Part shown: piece after piece, positions 14,859-28,984 of the stretch
How positions within the stretch are numbered: position 1 is the first letter of the stretch
Layout of the letters: each line of letters starts with the position of its first letter
Assembly (NCBI GenBank): GCA_951406725.2
Contig: OX597817.1
Coordinates: 151,218,001 to 151,282,000, forward strand
Reading direction: 5' to 3'
Source of the DNA: Octopus vulgaris
Lineage: Eukaryota
Length of the DNA stretch: 64,000 bases
The notes under the pieces: model-generated
What the model saw: the letters and a program-made list of their open reading frames with translations, nothing else
Told to the model about the DNA's origin: nothing
The model's database searches: none
Made by a program: the position numbers and the translations under genes

Positions 14859-15893
14859 CATTAAAAGTTAGATTGAATCTTGCTTGCTTGCAATGTTACT
14901 CAACCAAACTGGCGCATGATGGGGAAAATGTTATTAATTAAGTTTACTCTGAAATGTTAATACCAACGCAATAAAACAAGTTTCGCGTGAATAGGACAGA
15001 TGGCTTTTAAGATATTAGAGATTTTCGAGGTATAAATACCCAAAACGGTGCATAATGAGAAGATATTGTGAAAATAATCTTCATCCTGAAAAGGAAGAAA
15101 CTCTTATATTTCTATTAGACGCAGTGACATGACAACGAAAAAATGCGACTTTTTTTTTTACTGTAAATGTTTCTATTTTCGCTTTTGTTAAACACAATAT
15201 TTTAATCATTTAGAAATATTTTTTTACTGAATGTGATTTTAAAAATGTAAGTTGTTTGTACAGTAGGTATTTATATTTTAGCTTTCTTTAAACAGACAAC
15301 ATTTTAAATGCTTTTTTAATTATTTTCAAGTGAATAAAATTACAAATGTTTTTCGACACATTTAAACATTATTTTATAGTGAAAATGACTTTAAAAATAT
15401 GGTAAATATTTCGTAAAAGACCCGTTCGTAATCTCGGTGTGAAATAGTTTTTTTTTCCATAGGATTTTTTCGAGTGCATCCAACATATCTCACTTCCAAA
15501 GATGTGGCTGCTATTTCTAGCATGTCCTGCTACTGTTACGTTATGAGTTCAAATTCCGCCGAGGTCGACTTTGCCTTTCAACCTTTCGGGATCGATAAAT
15601 TAAGTACCAGTTGCGTGCTGGGGTCGATCTAATCGACTGGTCATCTCCCTCAAAATTTCGGGCCTTGTGCATAAAGTAGAAGAGGATGTATTGTGAAATT
15701 TATTTCTTACCAAACTCAAAACCAATTATACGGAGAAATCTTCATGGTTTCGCGCGAGCTTCAAGGTTTGAAATGTGTACCTATGTGTGTAAGCATGTGG
15801 ACACACCTCAGGTCTTTTAGTAATTAAATCTATGCGAGATTATCAGAGAATAAACAGTAGCACTACCTTTATAATAATCTGTAATATCACAAA

Positions 15894-16282
15894 CTAGCAG
15901 TATCGCCCGGCGTTGCTCGGGTTTGTTTCGACCCTTTAGAATTGGAATTTTTGGAAAGTAAAAATTTTGCATTATGTAGCTTGTTATTCTCTTTAAGTGA
16001 ACATTTTTTCTGGTTGAAATACTCCGAAAAATGGTGATAAAGCAGTCAAAAAATCGTAAAAAATAGGGATTTTCATAGAAAAAAAGCACCTTTTTGATGT
16101 AAATAATTTTTGGTGTTAACATGGTCTGATTTGAAATTTTTCTTCTACGGAAGGAAGAGCAAGCCTTCTTCTGTCATACTCTCAATTTTGGTTAACTTGC
16201 GCAACAGGGTCTTGGAGGAGATAGTGTTAGTTGAAGGCTACCAAACCTGCCATACACAGACAGCTTCAGCTTTATATAGAGA
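15894..16282 (-). mobile_element. Non-autonomous Helitron (sister copy 51871-52252)
   Basis: Same termini. The 51871 copy is homologous throughout but has lost half of the hairpin. Confidence 0.78.
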
Positions 16283-17840
16283 TTAGTCCCTTGTGGTTTT
16301 CTTCGTGTTATATGAAAACGCATCAGCAAAAACAAAGGTATATTTGTTCGTTTATTGTTTATAATTGTTATACATCAATTATTATGAGTGCCTGGTTAAA
16401 GAGAGAAACAACGTGTTAAATGAATGATAAAACATGGGATAACATTTTTCGTTCCCAGACTACAGACGTTGTTCTGAGCATTGTGAGTGGTCGCTAGAGC
16501 GTGCTTTTTGCTGTTCAAGCAGATCAATTTGTGATAAGCGTAACATGATTCACAATCAGCGTACCGTGTTATCTTTGATCAGTGTTAAATAAATCAGCGA
16601 TAAAGAAAGATGGGTGTTTATCTTGCATTAAGTATGACGTTCTTCTTTAACAGATCAAGATGTAGTTATTATTTATGCTTTCAATTTATATTTCAGCTTT
16701 TGAGGGAATAAATCTTTTCCCAACTTGCGCTCTACATTTCTACTTCACGCAATATTACGATCAAGAAGAATGGTTTGTATTTGATCAACATTTTCCTATT
16801 CTTTCTCATGAATGGCATCACAGGCTGCGTAACTTAATCACTGAAAGAGGAACAAATCTACCAGATAAACATAACATTATTGGAATTTAAAAAAAAATAA
16901 AGAAGCTTCTGTGACAGTTACTCTTTAACCCCTTTACTTGTTTCAGTCATTTGACTGCGGCCATGCTGGAGCACCGCCTTTGTAAGCCTAGTACTTATTC
17001 TATCGGCCTCTTTTGCTGAACCGCTAAGTTACGGGGACGTAAACACACCACCATCGGTTGTCAAGCGAGTTTGGGGGGACAAACACAGACACACAAATAT
17101 ATAGACACACAAATATATAGACACACATACATATATATACACATATATACGACGAGCTTCTTTCAGTTTCCGTCTACCAAATCCACTCACAAGGCTTTAG
17201 TCGGCCCGAGGCTATAGTAGAAGACACTTGCCCAAGGTGCCATGCAGTGGGAATGAACCCGGAACCATGTAGTTGGTAAGCATCGACGGTTTCATGGGTA
17301 TTTATGGTATTTTTCTTGGAATACGATCAGCGCATACTGTGGAATAGATTTTTCCTACTGTGGTACTTGCGATTACAAATCACCTTTTAAGTTTCTGAAG
17401 CTTACACACGTTTTGTGAGTTTGGATGAAGCAGTAACAATGATATAAAATGAAGTTCAGATTCTGGACATGCTTTCAAATAAAGCTTTCGTTCAATAACT
17501 ACGGACATAAATAAAACGTAACAAGCACTCCGTCGGTTACGATGATACAGGTTCCAGTTGATCCAATCAACGGAGCAGCATCCTTGGGAAATTAACAGGC
17601 AAGTGGTGAGCACTCCACAGACACAGGGACTATCCCCCCCCCAGTTGTGTGGATTGGAGCAACGTAAAATAAAGTGTCTTCCCGCTTCGCCAGGATTCGA
17701 ACTCACGATCGGAAGATCGTGAGTTCGAATACTATAACAACTAAGCCACGCGCATTCACTAAACAAGCACACGCACACACACACAGATACACAGACACAT
17801 ACAGACACACACATATACTTACATACACACACACACACAA

Positions 17841-17913
<73 letters not shown>

Positions 17914-17930
17914 CATATATATATACATAC

Positions 17931-17984
<54 letters not shown>

Positions 17985-17986
17985 GC

Positions 17987-18072
<86 letters not shown>

Positions 18073-18176
18073 TTATATATATATATAAACCCATATATGT
18101 GTATATATATCTATATCTATATATCTATCTATATATATACGCACACACACACATACACACACGTATACTGTATATG

Positions 18177-18213
<37 letters not shown>

Positions 18214-18828
18214 TTATACACACGCAGACACACACACACGCATTAGTTAAATAAGAGTTGGGTAAAAAGTTTGATGGATGATAGCGATTACACAATATGC
18301 TAATTATATCAACTCTCCAATGTTCTACGGGCGTTACGATGCGTGGAAACAATTGTAGTGATTTGAAATAAAGAATATCGTTCAAACCATTTAAATAAAT
18401 AATTTCATTCAATCCATTTCTCTTTCCTTTTTTCTTTTTCTTTTTCTTTTTCTTTCTCTTTCTCTTTTTCTTTCTCTTTCTCTCTCTCTCTCCTCCCCCC
18501 TCTCTCTCTCTCTTACTCTCTTCCCCACACGTATGTACGATGGGCTTCTTTTCAGGTACCGTCTACCAAATTCACACTCAAGACTTCGGTAGCTCTGAGG
18601 CTCTACTAGAAGACACTTGTCTTCGGTATCACACAGCAGAATTGAACCCAAAACCAGGTGGCTTCGGAAGTGAACTTAACCACACAACTCATGCCTGCAC
18701 TTCATAAAGTCGGTAGATCATCCAAGCAAAAGAAGGTAAATGTAATTTAAAAGTAGAGTCTCTGATTGACATAGCGGTTATAATCTTTCAACAAGGGAAA
18801 ACTCAGCTAATAAGATAATCTATATAAA

Positions 18829-19646
18829 CATGGTCTGATCAAGAAGTATCCGGATTGTTGCCTAGTAACGAAGCTAAAGCACGCAGAGTGAAGCCGCTCG
18901 GCAAAGATTGACCATAAACTCTGCTGTGCATGCGCACTAAGTTTTAACGTTCTAGCTCACTTCCGCTGTTTGCAGCAGTGCTTGGAAAAAAGGTGTGTTG
19001 CGTGTGATCGTTACATTGACCATGACAGAGAAAGTTGTCATGACGATACCGACTCAGAGGCTTACGCAAAGTTGCAGAAAGTGTATGGAGATGAGTGTAT
19101 GAGCCACACACAAGTGTATGAGTAGGTGAGACATTTCCAAGATGGCCGAAAAAATGTCGATATTGACAAACGTTCTGGGAGACCAGCAACCAACAGAACT
19201 GAGAAAAACATCGCAGATGTGCGTGCAGCTGTGAAGGGAAATCGTCGAATCACCATTCATGAGTCATCAGAGGATGTGCAGATTAAGGTTCAGCTCAGTC
19301 CATTACCATTGAAGATTTGGATATGAGACGCATGATTGCCAAGTTTGTGCCAAAACTGCTTTCAGCTGACCAAAAAGACACACGGGTTTCAGTTGCACAA
19401 GATCTCCTTGATTCTGTCGAGAACGGTGAAAACTTTTTGAAAACTTTGCGTTGGCTTCTGAGCAGGTATCGCCAAGCCTTTGGCAAAATTTGATGCAGAT
19501 TCTCGGCTCAACTTTCTCTGTTATAGTCAAGGTGACCACCACACACTATACACGTTCTATCCAAGCACTGCTGTAAACAACGGAAGTGAATTAGAACGTT
19601 AAAACTTAGTGCGCATGCACAGCAGAGTTCAAGATCAATCTGTGCC
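18829..19646. mobile_element. Rearranged mariner derivative with two inverted 5' ends
   Basis: 18900-19035 is inversely repeated at about 19510-19646. The interior reads RHFQDGRKNVDIDKRSGRP...NRRITI (mariner HTH region); the minus arm reads TEKVEPRICIKFCQRLG. Confidence 0.8.
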
Positions 19647-20110
19647 AGACCTATATAGATATATAGGCTCAGGGATAGTTGTATGGGTAAGATGCATGTT
19701 TTGCAACCACGTCGTTTCGGGTTCAGTCTTACTGCGCAGCACCTTGGGTAAGTGCTTTCTACTATAACCCTGAGTCGATCAATGCCTTGCGAGTGAATTT
19801 GGTAGACGAAACTGTGTGGAAGCGCGCCGTATCCCACCCCACGCTTCACAACTGGTATTGGTTGTTTGTGTCCCTGTAATTTAGCGGTGCGCCAAAACCG
19901 CTGGATCGAATAAGTACCAGATGTAAAAAAAAAAAAGTAGTAGGTTCGATTTGTGCGACTAAATCCATTAAGACGGTGCTCCAGCATGGCTGCAGTTCAA
20001 TGACCAAAACATATAAAAAAAGATAAAAGTAGGTACGTATATTTAGCGTTTCTAATTGTTATGCTTTGTATTGTGTTCTCCATTTTCCCTAGAATATAAC
20101 TAGCCGGAGT

Positions 20111-20544
20111 GGATCTTTTCGGTTTGAACGGCAGTTTTTTTCTAGCGGTGTCATATGGAATTGTCACCCATAATTATTACCCTAGTATCGATCTATTGCA
20201 TTTCAATCTGTTTTAGGGTTAGGGTTAGTTACGGTTAGTTAGGGTTAGGGGTGGGGGAAGGGTATCTTTTTTCTTCACAAATGTAAATAAACCCAATCTG
20301 TTTCTTAAACGAGGGACATATTCATATGGCACAGAATGCTTTTTAACTCAATAGACGTCAGTGATTGGTTGAAATTGCAGAAATTGAAGAAAAAACAACA
20401 AATATCTTACAAACTATAGAATTTTCTTAATAAGGCCAAGAGAAAAAAATGTTTTATAAACACATTCTACCAGTATACGAAGTTTAAAATTTTTTAGTTA
20501 CCTAGAAATTATGTTAAAAACTGCCGTTCAAACCGAAAAGATCC
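20111..20544. mobile_element. MITE with GGATCTTTTCGGTTTGAACGGCAG TIRs, 8-bp TSD and internal TTAGGG repeats
   Basis: TSD GCCGGAGT. Second copy 29082-29494 with TSD AATATGTG. Confidence 0.92.
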
Positions 20545-20701
20545 GCCGGAGTTATTATTCTTTTATATGTTTCAGCCCTTAGGCTGTGGCCACGCTGGGG
20601 CACCGCCAGTGATATTATATTTAACTTTTCTTTTGTATCTTATACTTGTTCCAGTCATTAGACTGCGTCCATGTTGGGACACGACCTTAAAGGGTGTAGT
20701 C

Positions 20702-20848
20702 CAGTGGTTCCCAACCTGTGGTCCGCAAAGATAGTACTGAGGTTCCGCGAACGAAATTCACTGACAAACCTTTCAGCATCCTGGGGTCCGTGTGAAAACT
20801 CATTTAAATAAAAGGGGTCCTTGGTAGTGAAAAGGTTGGGAACCACTG
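20702..20848. mobile_element. hAT (Charlie-like) MITE inserted in a SINE
   Basis: TIR CAGTGGTTCCCAACCT, 8-bp TSD GTGTAGTC. Confidence 0.92.
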
Positions 20849-21434
20849 GTGTAGTCAAACAAATCAATCCCAGTACTCACTTTTTTAAAGTTGTGGTACT
20901 CATTCTATCAGTTTCTTTTGCAGAACCGCTACGTTACGGATACATAAACTAACAAACGTTTGTTGTCAAGGAGTGGAGAGGGAAAACAAACACAGACACA
21001 AATACACACAGGAACACATCTAAATTTATACACGACGTAAATTTATACAGGCAGTTTCCTATTTCTTTATTGCTAACAAGGGGCTAAACATAGAGGGGAC
21101 AAACAAGGACAGACAAAGGGTTTAAGTCGATTACATCGACTCCAGTGCGTAACTGGTACTTAATTTATCGATCCCGAAAGGATGAAAGGTAAAGTCGACC
21201 TCGGCGGAATTTGAACTCAGACAGAATTTGAACTTCCAGACAGTTTCCATTAAACAAATTCACTCGCAAGGCACTGGTCGACTCAGAGATAGTAGAAGAC
21301 TTGACTAAGATGCTACGCAATGGGATTGAATTCAAAATCAAAGCGAGCTTCTTCACAACACAGCCATGTTGTAGTTCTTATATTACCATACTTCATACGT
21401 TTTAGCTTTTGGATATTCTCCATCTCAACCGATA

Positions 21435-21787
21435 TTCTTTTATTCTTTGATTTGTTTCAGTCATTTTAGTGGAGTAAATCGCCCCCAGGACTATTCTTTG
21501 TAAACCTAGTACTTATTCTATCGGTCTCTTTTGCCGAACCGTCAAGTTATGGGGACGTAAACACACCAGCATCGGTTGCCAAGCCATGTTGGGGGAACAA
21601 GCACATACACATAAACACACACACGACGAGATTCTTCCAGTTTCCGTCTACCAAACCCACTCACAAAGCTTTGGTCGGCCGGAGGCTATAGTAGAAGACA
21701 CTTGCCCAAGGTGCCATGCAGTGGGACTGAACCCGGAACCATGTGATTGGTACGCAAGCTACTTATCACATAGCCACTCCTGCGCCA
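21435..21787 (-). mobile_element. Family E microsatellite-containing SINE (many copies, e.g. 16930-17285, 19665-20030, 42181-42555, 45343-45905, 49034-49503, 53693-54290, 54515-54855, 55500-55840, 61200-61440)
   Basis: Recurrent GGAGTGGCTGTGTGGTAAG head, internal (TA)/(TG) tract, GACTGAAACAAGTAAAAGAG tail. Confidence 0.85.
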
Positions 21788-22322
21788 TATTTTCTAATTA
21801 TTCTATAGAATGCATACACGACATTCAAAAACATCTCAGTCGTATTAAATCCGCCTATTTCACTAATAATCTTTTTAAACTGCAGACCGCAGGAAACTAA
21901 TAAAGTCTCGTTATTAAATTCAAATCTTTTAAGGTGACGCAAACCAAGTTATTGACGTTACTAACCAATATATTTACATGGTCGCTAGGAAATGGCTACG
22001 ATAAATAAATCGGATAATCTCGCTATAAAAATATTGTTGAAATATTGCAATGTCTAAAGGTTAAGAACTTGTGATTCAAGAGTTCGTGTTTTGTCAATAT
22101 AACGAACAAGAATTAGAAGAGAAAAAACTGTGATAGTCGATCGACTTCTTAAATACGCACCTTGAAGCACAACACAAATACACAAAGAGCAATCTATGAA
22201 GTTTTTCTGGGGGTTTTTTTCTATATCTTTGCTCTCATATTTTCACAAACTTAAACTTTTTTATTTACATTATTTACATTATTTACATTTGACGGATATT
22301 TGTCCTCATCTTGTTTGTTGAT

Positions 22323-22368
22323 AACGCAACGTTTCGGCTGATATACCCTCCAGCCTTCATAAGGTGTC
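22323..22368 (-). ncRNA. Degenerate minimal hammerhead motif (G5U) in a Penelope-type repeat next to (TTA)n
   Basis: GACAC CUUAUGA A GGCUG-gaggguauau-CAGCC GAAAC GUU GCGUU. Confidence 0.55.
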
Positions 22369-22417
22369 TTGGGGAAATTTCGAACCTGGGTCCTCATTCC
22401 TAGGGTATTTTTCGTTG

Positions 22418-22473
<56 letters not shown>

Positions 22474-22755
22474 ATTATTATTATTATATAACTTACTTGG
22501 AAATGGATGCGTGGCGTCCAATAATATAATAATATAAATAATATATATATACATACATACATGTATACATATATGTATATACACATGCAGAACATAAACA
22601 GTATGAAATACGAAAACAACGTAAAATAGGAGATACGACAACATGGAATATGAACTTTTTTTGCGAACAACGAAAGAAACAAATGGAAAACAAGACAAGC
22701 AACATAAAGAAACGACCCTTCATCAGTTGTCGGTTGTTTTACTACTTCGTATTTC

Positions 22756-22801
<46 letters not shown>

Positions 22802-22967
22802 TATATGAATATATGCATATATACATACATATATGTACATCTATACATCTATATGTATATATATATACATGCATAAGGTGGTATGTACATATATGTATGT
22901 ATATATGCATATATTCATATATTATTTATATTATTATATGATCGAACACCACGCACCCTTTTCCAAG

Positions 22968-23015
<48 letters not shown>

Positions 23016-23061
23016 TGTATGTATGTATGTATGTATGTATGTATGTATGTATGTATGTATG

Positions 23062-23092
<31 letters not shown>

Positions 23093-25539
23093 GTATGTAT
23101 ACGTACTTGGGTCGATATGTTCGACTCAACCCTTCAAGGTGGTGCCCCAGCAGGCCGCAGTCCAATGACTGAAGCAAATAAAAAGAAAAAAAAAGGAGTG
23201 ACAAACTAAAGGTAAGAGCTGAAATACCATCAGGCTGGCGGTCTACGAAAATAATGGAGAAACAAAATTATACTCTTGAAAATGTACAAAGCTACTCCAT
23301 ACGCACAAACACCGGACGGTTGGCAGTTTCGTTCATCCCAGGTATACAGTGATAAATGAATCAGTGATAGTAGAATCACTGACTGTAAACTCGAGGCGAG
23401 TTTATTTTCTTGATCATCTCTACCTTTTCCTGTAGAGAACACACTCGTCTGCGTCGTCTGTTAGTATCAGACGCCTTTGTACTTTTTCTATTCATTGGTC
23501 CCGTGTTGACGGATACGTAAATTCGTATTTAAAAAAAATACGCAGCCTCGCAGTGTGGTCATGTAAAAAGAAGCGATTTTAAAACCCGGTAAGTATTTTA
23601 TCGTTTTGTTTTGCTGAACCACTAGGTTGCGGGGACATAAACACACAAATACCGGTTGTCAAGCGATGGTGAACACACACACACACACACACGCGCATAC
23701 AAATTGTTTTAGCAATCTTTGGCAAAATATGTACCCTTTTGCCAAGTTATAGCAAAAAGTTAGTGAAATATTTAAAATGTTTACAGTTGGATAGATAGAC
23801 AAATATAACAAAATAATTTGACAAAAAATGTGAATTTTTAATTATTTTCTGAGATTTTGCAAAAGCAATAAAAATATTATTAAAAAAAACAATTTTCACA
23901 CAATTTCCGTCAACCAAATTCACTCAAAAGGCACTGGTCGGTCAGAAGCTAGAGTAGAAGGCACTTACCCAATGTGCCGAGGGATTGAACCTGAAACCAC
24001 ATGGTTGTAAAGCGAACTTCAGTTCAGTTTCCGATACACAATATGCTCCATTGATGTTCGCGAATAATAACAACCCCACTCCCTTCCCAACATCTTTATT
24101 ATTTCTTTATTACCCACAAGGGGCTAAACATAGAGGAGACAAACAAGGACAGACATAGGTATTAAGTCGACTACATCGACCCCAGTGCGTAACTGGTACT
24201 TAATTTATCAACCCCGAAAGGATGAAAGGCTAAGTCGACCTCGGCGGAATTTGAATTCAGAACGTAACGGCAGACGAAATACCTATTTCTTTATTACCCA
24301 CAAGGGGCTAAACACAGAGGGAACAAACAAGGACAGACATAGGTATTAAGTCGACTACATCGACCCCAGTGCGTAACTGGTACTTAATTTATCGACCCCG
24401 AAAGGATGAAAGGCTAAGTCGACCTCGGCGGAATTTGAACTCAGAACGTAGCGGCAGACGAAATACCGCTAGGCATTTCGCCCGGCGTGCTAACGTTTCT
24501 GCCAGCTCGCCGCCTTACAGCATATCATATTGTTATCTCATATCGATAAAAACAAGCACTGTATTCCCCACACTTTCCAAACCGATCGATTGCCATCAGT
24601 CATTATCGAAGATTATACGGTGTTCTGAACATGCTTTGTTCCATTGGTTGAATCTAACTATCTATAAAATTTATTCAAGTTTACCCAACCAAAACAAACA
24701 AGGTATTTGTCAACCCTACGTGAAGTTTGTCTTTATAGGTCTGAGTCTGGCGTTCGCTTCCATTACTATTTTATCGATCGGTTTTTTATCTTAATAGTTA
24801 TGTCGATATATTTTTTTAGTTATGTCGATATAGTTTTTATAGTCATGTTTTTCTACAAACACTGGTCGCAATTCATCCATAACATAAAGGACAACACTAT
24901 ATATTGCAATTAAGCAATACGGAGGCACATGGCCTAGTGGTTAGAGCAGCGGACTCGCGGTCGAGGGATCGCGGGTTCGAATCTCCGACCGGGTGATGTG
25001 TGTGTTTATGAGCAAAACACCTAAATTCCATGCGGCTCTGGCAGACGGTAATGGCGAACTTCTGCTGACTCTCTCGCCACAATTTTCTCTCACTCTTGCA
25101 GCTTACCTGCGACGGACCGGCGTCCCGTCCAGGTGGGGAACCTATACGCCAAGAAATTGGGAAACCAGCCCTTATGAGCCAGGCATGGCTCGAGAATGAT
25201 CAAACAACAACAAAAATTAAGCAATATCTGTTCAATGCACAACCAACACAAACTAAAAAGGTAGAGATAATCAAGAAGATAAACAATGGCGGAAGTTCGC
25301 CCGAACTGAAATAAATGTAAATGTTAGAATCCTCATAGGTATAATAGTAATCGTTTCAAATTTTGACACAAGGCCAGTAATTGGGGATGTGGTTAGCCGA
25401 TTATATCAACTCTACTGCTCAACTGGTACTTATTTACTGACCCCGAAAGGATAAAAGGCAAAGTCGAACTTGGCAGAATTCGAACTCAGAACATAACGAG
25501 CCGGATAAAGAGCACGCATGCACGGTACGCAGCAATTTT

Positions 25540-26470
25540 TGTTCACCTTGAGATGCCATGTTTGGATCAGACACAAAACTTGAGTGCCTTAAAAGAATCA
25601 GTTTCTGAAGCCTTAAAGATATCTTATTATCCAAGGAACAAGATCGGCTGTTTGTTGCCCAGGTAGACAAACTTGTCTATCACTTTCAATTTTTCAATAC
25701 TGTTACTTCAACAAAGATTGTTTTTACATATCAGTTTCTTGATGCTGGCTGGAACATTACAGCAGCCATATCCAGGCTAATGTCCAGTCCAAATGCTTGG
25801 CAAGAGGCAGAAATATGATCCATGAGAATTTGCATATCTTCAACTGTATGAGCGACTAAGTCGCAATCATCCACATAAAGGTCACGAATAAGTGAGGGAA
25901 AAACTTTCGAATCGGCTGTAAATCGACACAAATTGAAGAGACGACCAGAAGATCGGTCCTCACATATGTTCCAGAAAAGCAATCGATAGCAAAGGTATGA
26001 GTGAAAGTAACAGCAAAATACGAAGAAAATAGGGTAGGAGCAAGGATGTCACCTTGTTTGATACCATTCTCTGTAGGAAAGGATGACACCATGCAACCAA
26101 CGACATTGACTTATACCTCCACCCCATCGCAAAATGACTTAATTATTGATACAAAGTGACTTGGACAACAACATTTAGCGAGTATTTTCCACGGGGACGC
26201 CCTATTCACAGTATAGAAGGGTTTGATTAAATCAACGAAAAGCAGGACAAAATCTACATTTTGCCCATAGCACTTCTACATCTGTCTTTCTATGAAAATC
26301 TTACCAGTTGTTCCTCTACCAGAACGAAAGCCATTTTGAGACTCAGATAGGACGTCATTTACAAGGTATTTATTTAGGCGAGAAAGAAAGATACTTGCTA
26401 GAACCTACACAACAACTGACAGTAAAACAATACCACACTTTATTCTGATTCTCTTTCCTTTATAGAGAAC
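25540..26470 (-). mobile_element. RTE-clade LINE reverse transcriptase fragment
   Basis: FPTENGIKQGDILAPTLFSSYF and RDLYVDDCDLVAHTVEDMQILMD in broken frames. Confidence 0.88.
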
Positions 26471-26518
26471 GACAACTGCATTCATATACGTACATATATA
26501 TATATACAAACACACACG

Positions 26519-26566
<48 letters not shown>

Positions 26567-26662
26567 GGGAAGCTTTATGAAAATAGACAAAAGACGAAGG
26601 CAGGTGGAAAACAAACGAACAATTGTATTAGTATGGCGCTCAGGAAATATAAATAAAACAAG

Positions 26663-26700
26663 TCTTTAACGTTTCGAGCCTACGCTCTTCAACAGAAAGA
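26663..26700 (-). ncRNA. Minimal type I hammerhead ribozyme motif (U6 variant)
   Basis: UCUUU CUGUUGA A GAGC-GUAG-GCUC GAAAC GUU AAAGA. Confidence 0.62.
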
Positions 26701-26871
26701 TACACAGAGAGAAAAAAACACACAGAAAGAAGGAGAGAAAAAAAATGCGTGCAGTAGCTAACGAATCAACATGGCGATCTGATTTCGGCCAGAGGTCAAA
26801 GATCAAACATGAGACGCAAGAGCGAAATAAGGGGAGATAATAGGGTTGATAATATGGTTGAAGGACCAGCT

Positions 26872-27190
26872 AATAGTGCGTAGGAGGGGTCTGGACGTGT
26901 GTATGTATAGGGTTGGTGTATGTATTAGTATGTATAAGGGTGTGTGTGTGTGTGTGTGTATGAGAGAGTATTAGTGCGTAGGATTGGTGTGGACGTGCGT
27001 ATGTATGGGGTTGGTGTATGTATTAGTATGTATTAGTATGTATTAGTACGTATTAGTATGTATAAGTGTGTGTGTGTGTGTGTGTGAGTATGAGAGAGTA
27101 TAAGTGCGTATGAGGGGTCTGGACGTGTGTATGTATAGGGTTGGTGTATGTATTAGTATGTATTAGTATGTATTAGTACGTATTAGTATG

Positions 27191-27195
<5 letters not shown>
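26872..27195. repeat. About 100-130 bp minisatellite (3 copies) attached to the Penelope-type fragment
   Basis: AGTGCGTA..GGACGTG..GGTTGGTGTATGTATTAGTATG unit repeated three times. Confidence 0.85.
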
Positions 27196-27253
<58 letters not shown>

Positions 27254-27544
27254 TAAAACTGTATAATGTGCGAAAAGGCAACTGATGGTATTATAGTAAA
27301 ATGTTCTCAGTAAATGAGTAGAGAAATGAGTAAATATAATGACAACGCTCAATAAACCGTAATAATAATTTTATCAGTTAACCTACTCTAATCCATTATT
27401 CTATAATAAAAATAAATAATTTTGAAACAAAATTCTGAAATAAAACGATTACCTTAAGCTCAGCGATTATTTGAACATTAACCCGGTGAGAAAAATTACT
27501 GAACGAATATCCGTTATATGCAACAGAAACAATATTCGATTAAA

Positions 27545-27880
27545 ATATACATCTGTGTATCATACTTAATGCAAATATATCACAATGGCAAATTAACTGC
27601 GGCGTTCACCCGGAGATAATATCCCTTGTGGAGGCAGTGTGTTTAAAAGCTCAAATATAACAGCATCAAACGAAAATCATCCAGTAGCTGCGTTGACAAC
27701 GCTAGATGCGCATTTCAGTGTCTTTGAGCTTTGTCAGTAGCCGATTTTCGTTTGTTACTGGTATACTTTTGTGTTTTTAGACAATGTATGTCCCTAAGAA
27801 ATATTATCTCCGGACGAATACCGCAGTTAATTTGACTTTTGCAATGTATCTGCTTTAAGTATAATACACAGATGGATATA
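27545..27880. mobile_element. Fold-back MITE with long imperfect TIRs (half copy at about 13190-13345)
   Basis: CATCTGTGTATCATACTTAA...CCGGAGATAATAT is mirrored by ATATTATCTCCGG...TTAAGTATAATACACAGATG. Confidence 0.75.
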
Positions 27881-28179
27881 CTGAATAGATATTTTTTAAA
27901 AAATCGCAATTAATTATATAAATACTGACACTATGAAGTTAGAAATTTAAGCAAATAATGGTTGTCTAATTTAGTCTCAAATTGAGTAGTTTTGAAGAGA
28001 GAGGGTTAGTCAATACTATTGAACTCCCAGTGCTTTATTTTATCGACTCCAAAAGGATGAAAGGCGAAGTTGATCTCGGCAAGATTTAAAACCAGAAGGT
28101 AAAGAGTCGGAACAAATACCGTAACATGTATGTTTGTCAATATCTGTGTAAAGCAGTCGTTTTCTTTTTTCATTCCAAC

Positions 28180-28640
28180 AACGATGTGTATCCCTGGGCA
28201 TGGATACATTGAAACCCCGACGTCTGGCAGCTGACTTGGCAGACACCCATAAAATTATTAACCATCTTACAAACAATAACTCTGAGCACCTTTTCAAACT
28301 CCATCTGTCTAACACCAGTGGACATGTTTACAAAGTCAGAAAACTGCACAGCTCCCTTGACTTTCGGAAACATTTTTTCACGCTAAGAGTTGCTGAAGCA
28401 TATAACAAACTGCCGGCATCAGTTGTTAATTGTCAGAGCACTGCATCCTTCAAAACTTCCATGCTTCCTGAGATTCGCCAACACTACACCTGATTTTCTC
28501 CCCTCCATACACACGCGAGCATGTATCTGGCTCATACACTTCATTTTCCAAACATTTGTACATTACTGCATATGCTTTATACACACGTTTGACAAGTTGT
28601 GGTGCACCTGAGCACTGTATACAATAATTTCATTATTATT
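28180..28640 (+). mobile_element. CR1/L2-group LINE 3' end (tail-only copy at 33218-33272)
   Basis: TLKPRRLAADL...NTSGHVYKV...RKHFFTLRVAEAYNKLPASVV, then 3' UTR GTGCACCTGAGCAC hairpin and (ATT)n tail. Confidence 0.88.
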
Positions 28641-28984
28641 GTTTTAAAATAATATGGCCTTTCTCCTAATCATAAGTTTAATGATTATGGGTTCTTCAGT
28701 TAATACACGCAGTTCCCAAGTTTTGATTCCGACTGTAAACAAGCAGGAACACGTTCGGTGTGCTGTATCTCTAATACTGTTACATAACCGGAAGTTAATA
28801 TTAGTCATACAATTAACAAATGAAAACAAAATGTTTCTTCCTACATTTGAATTTATTTTTTTGTTTTCACTATTGACTTAGACACCAAAACTGTGTTGCT
28901 ACGTACCAGTCTATGTAAATACTAGCCTATATTGTGTTTCATTTTCTGTGTAGTTGATTTTGATGTGTCAACATTATGTAAAGC

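Noticed and set aside
22690-22762. CUGAUGA and GAAA on the minus strand
   Set aside because: Could not close stems II and III in any hammerhead topology.
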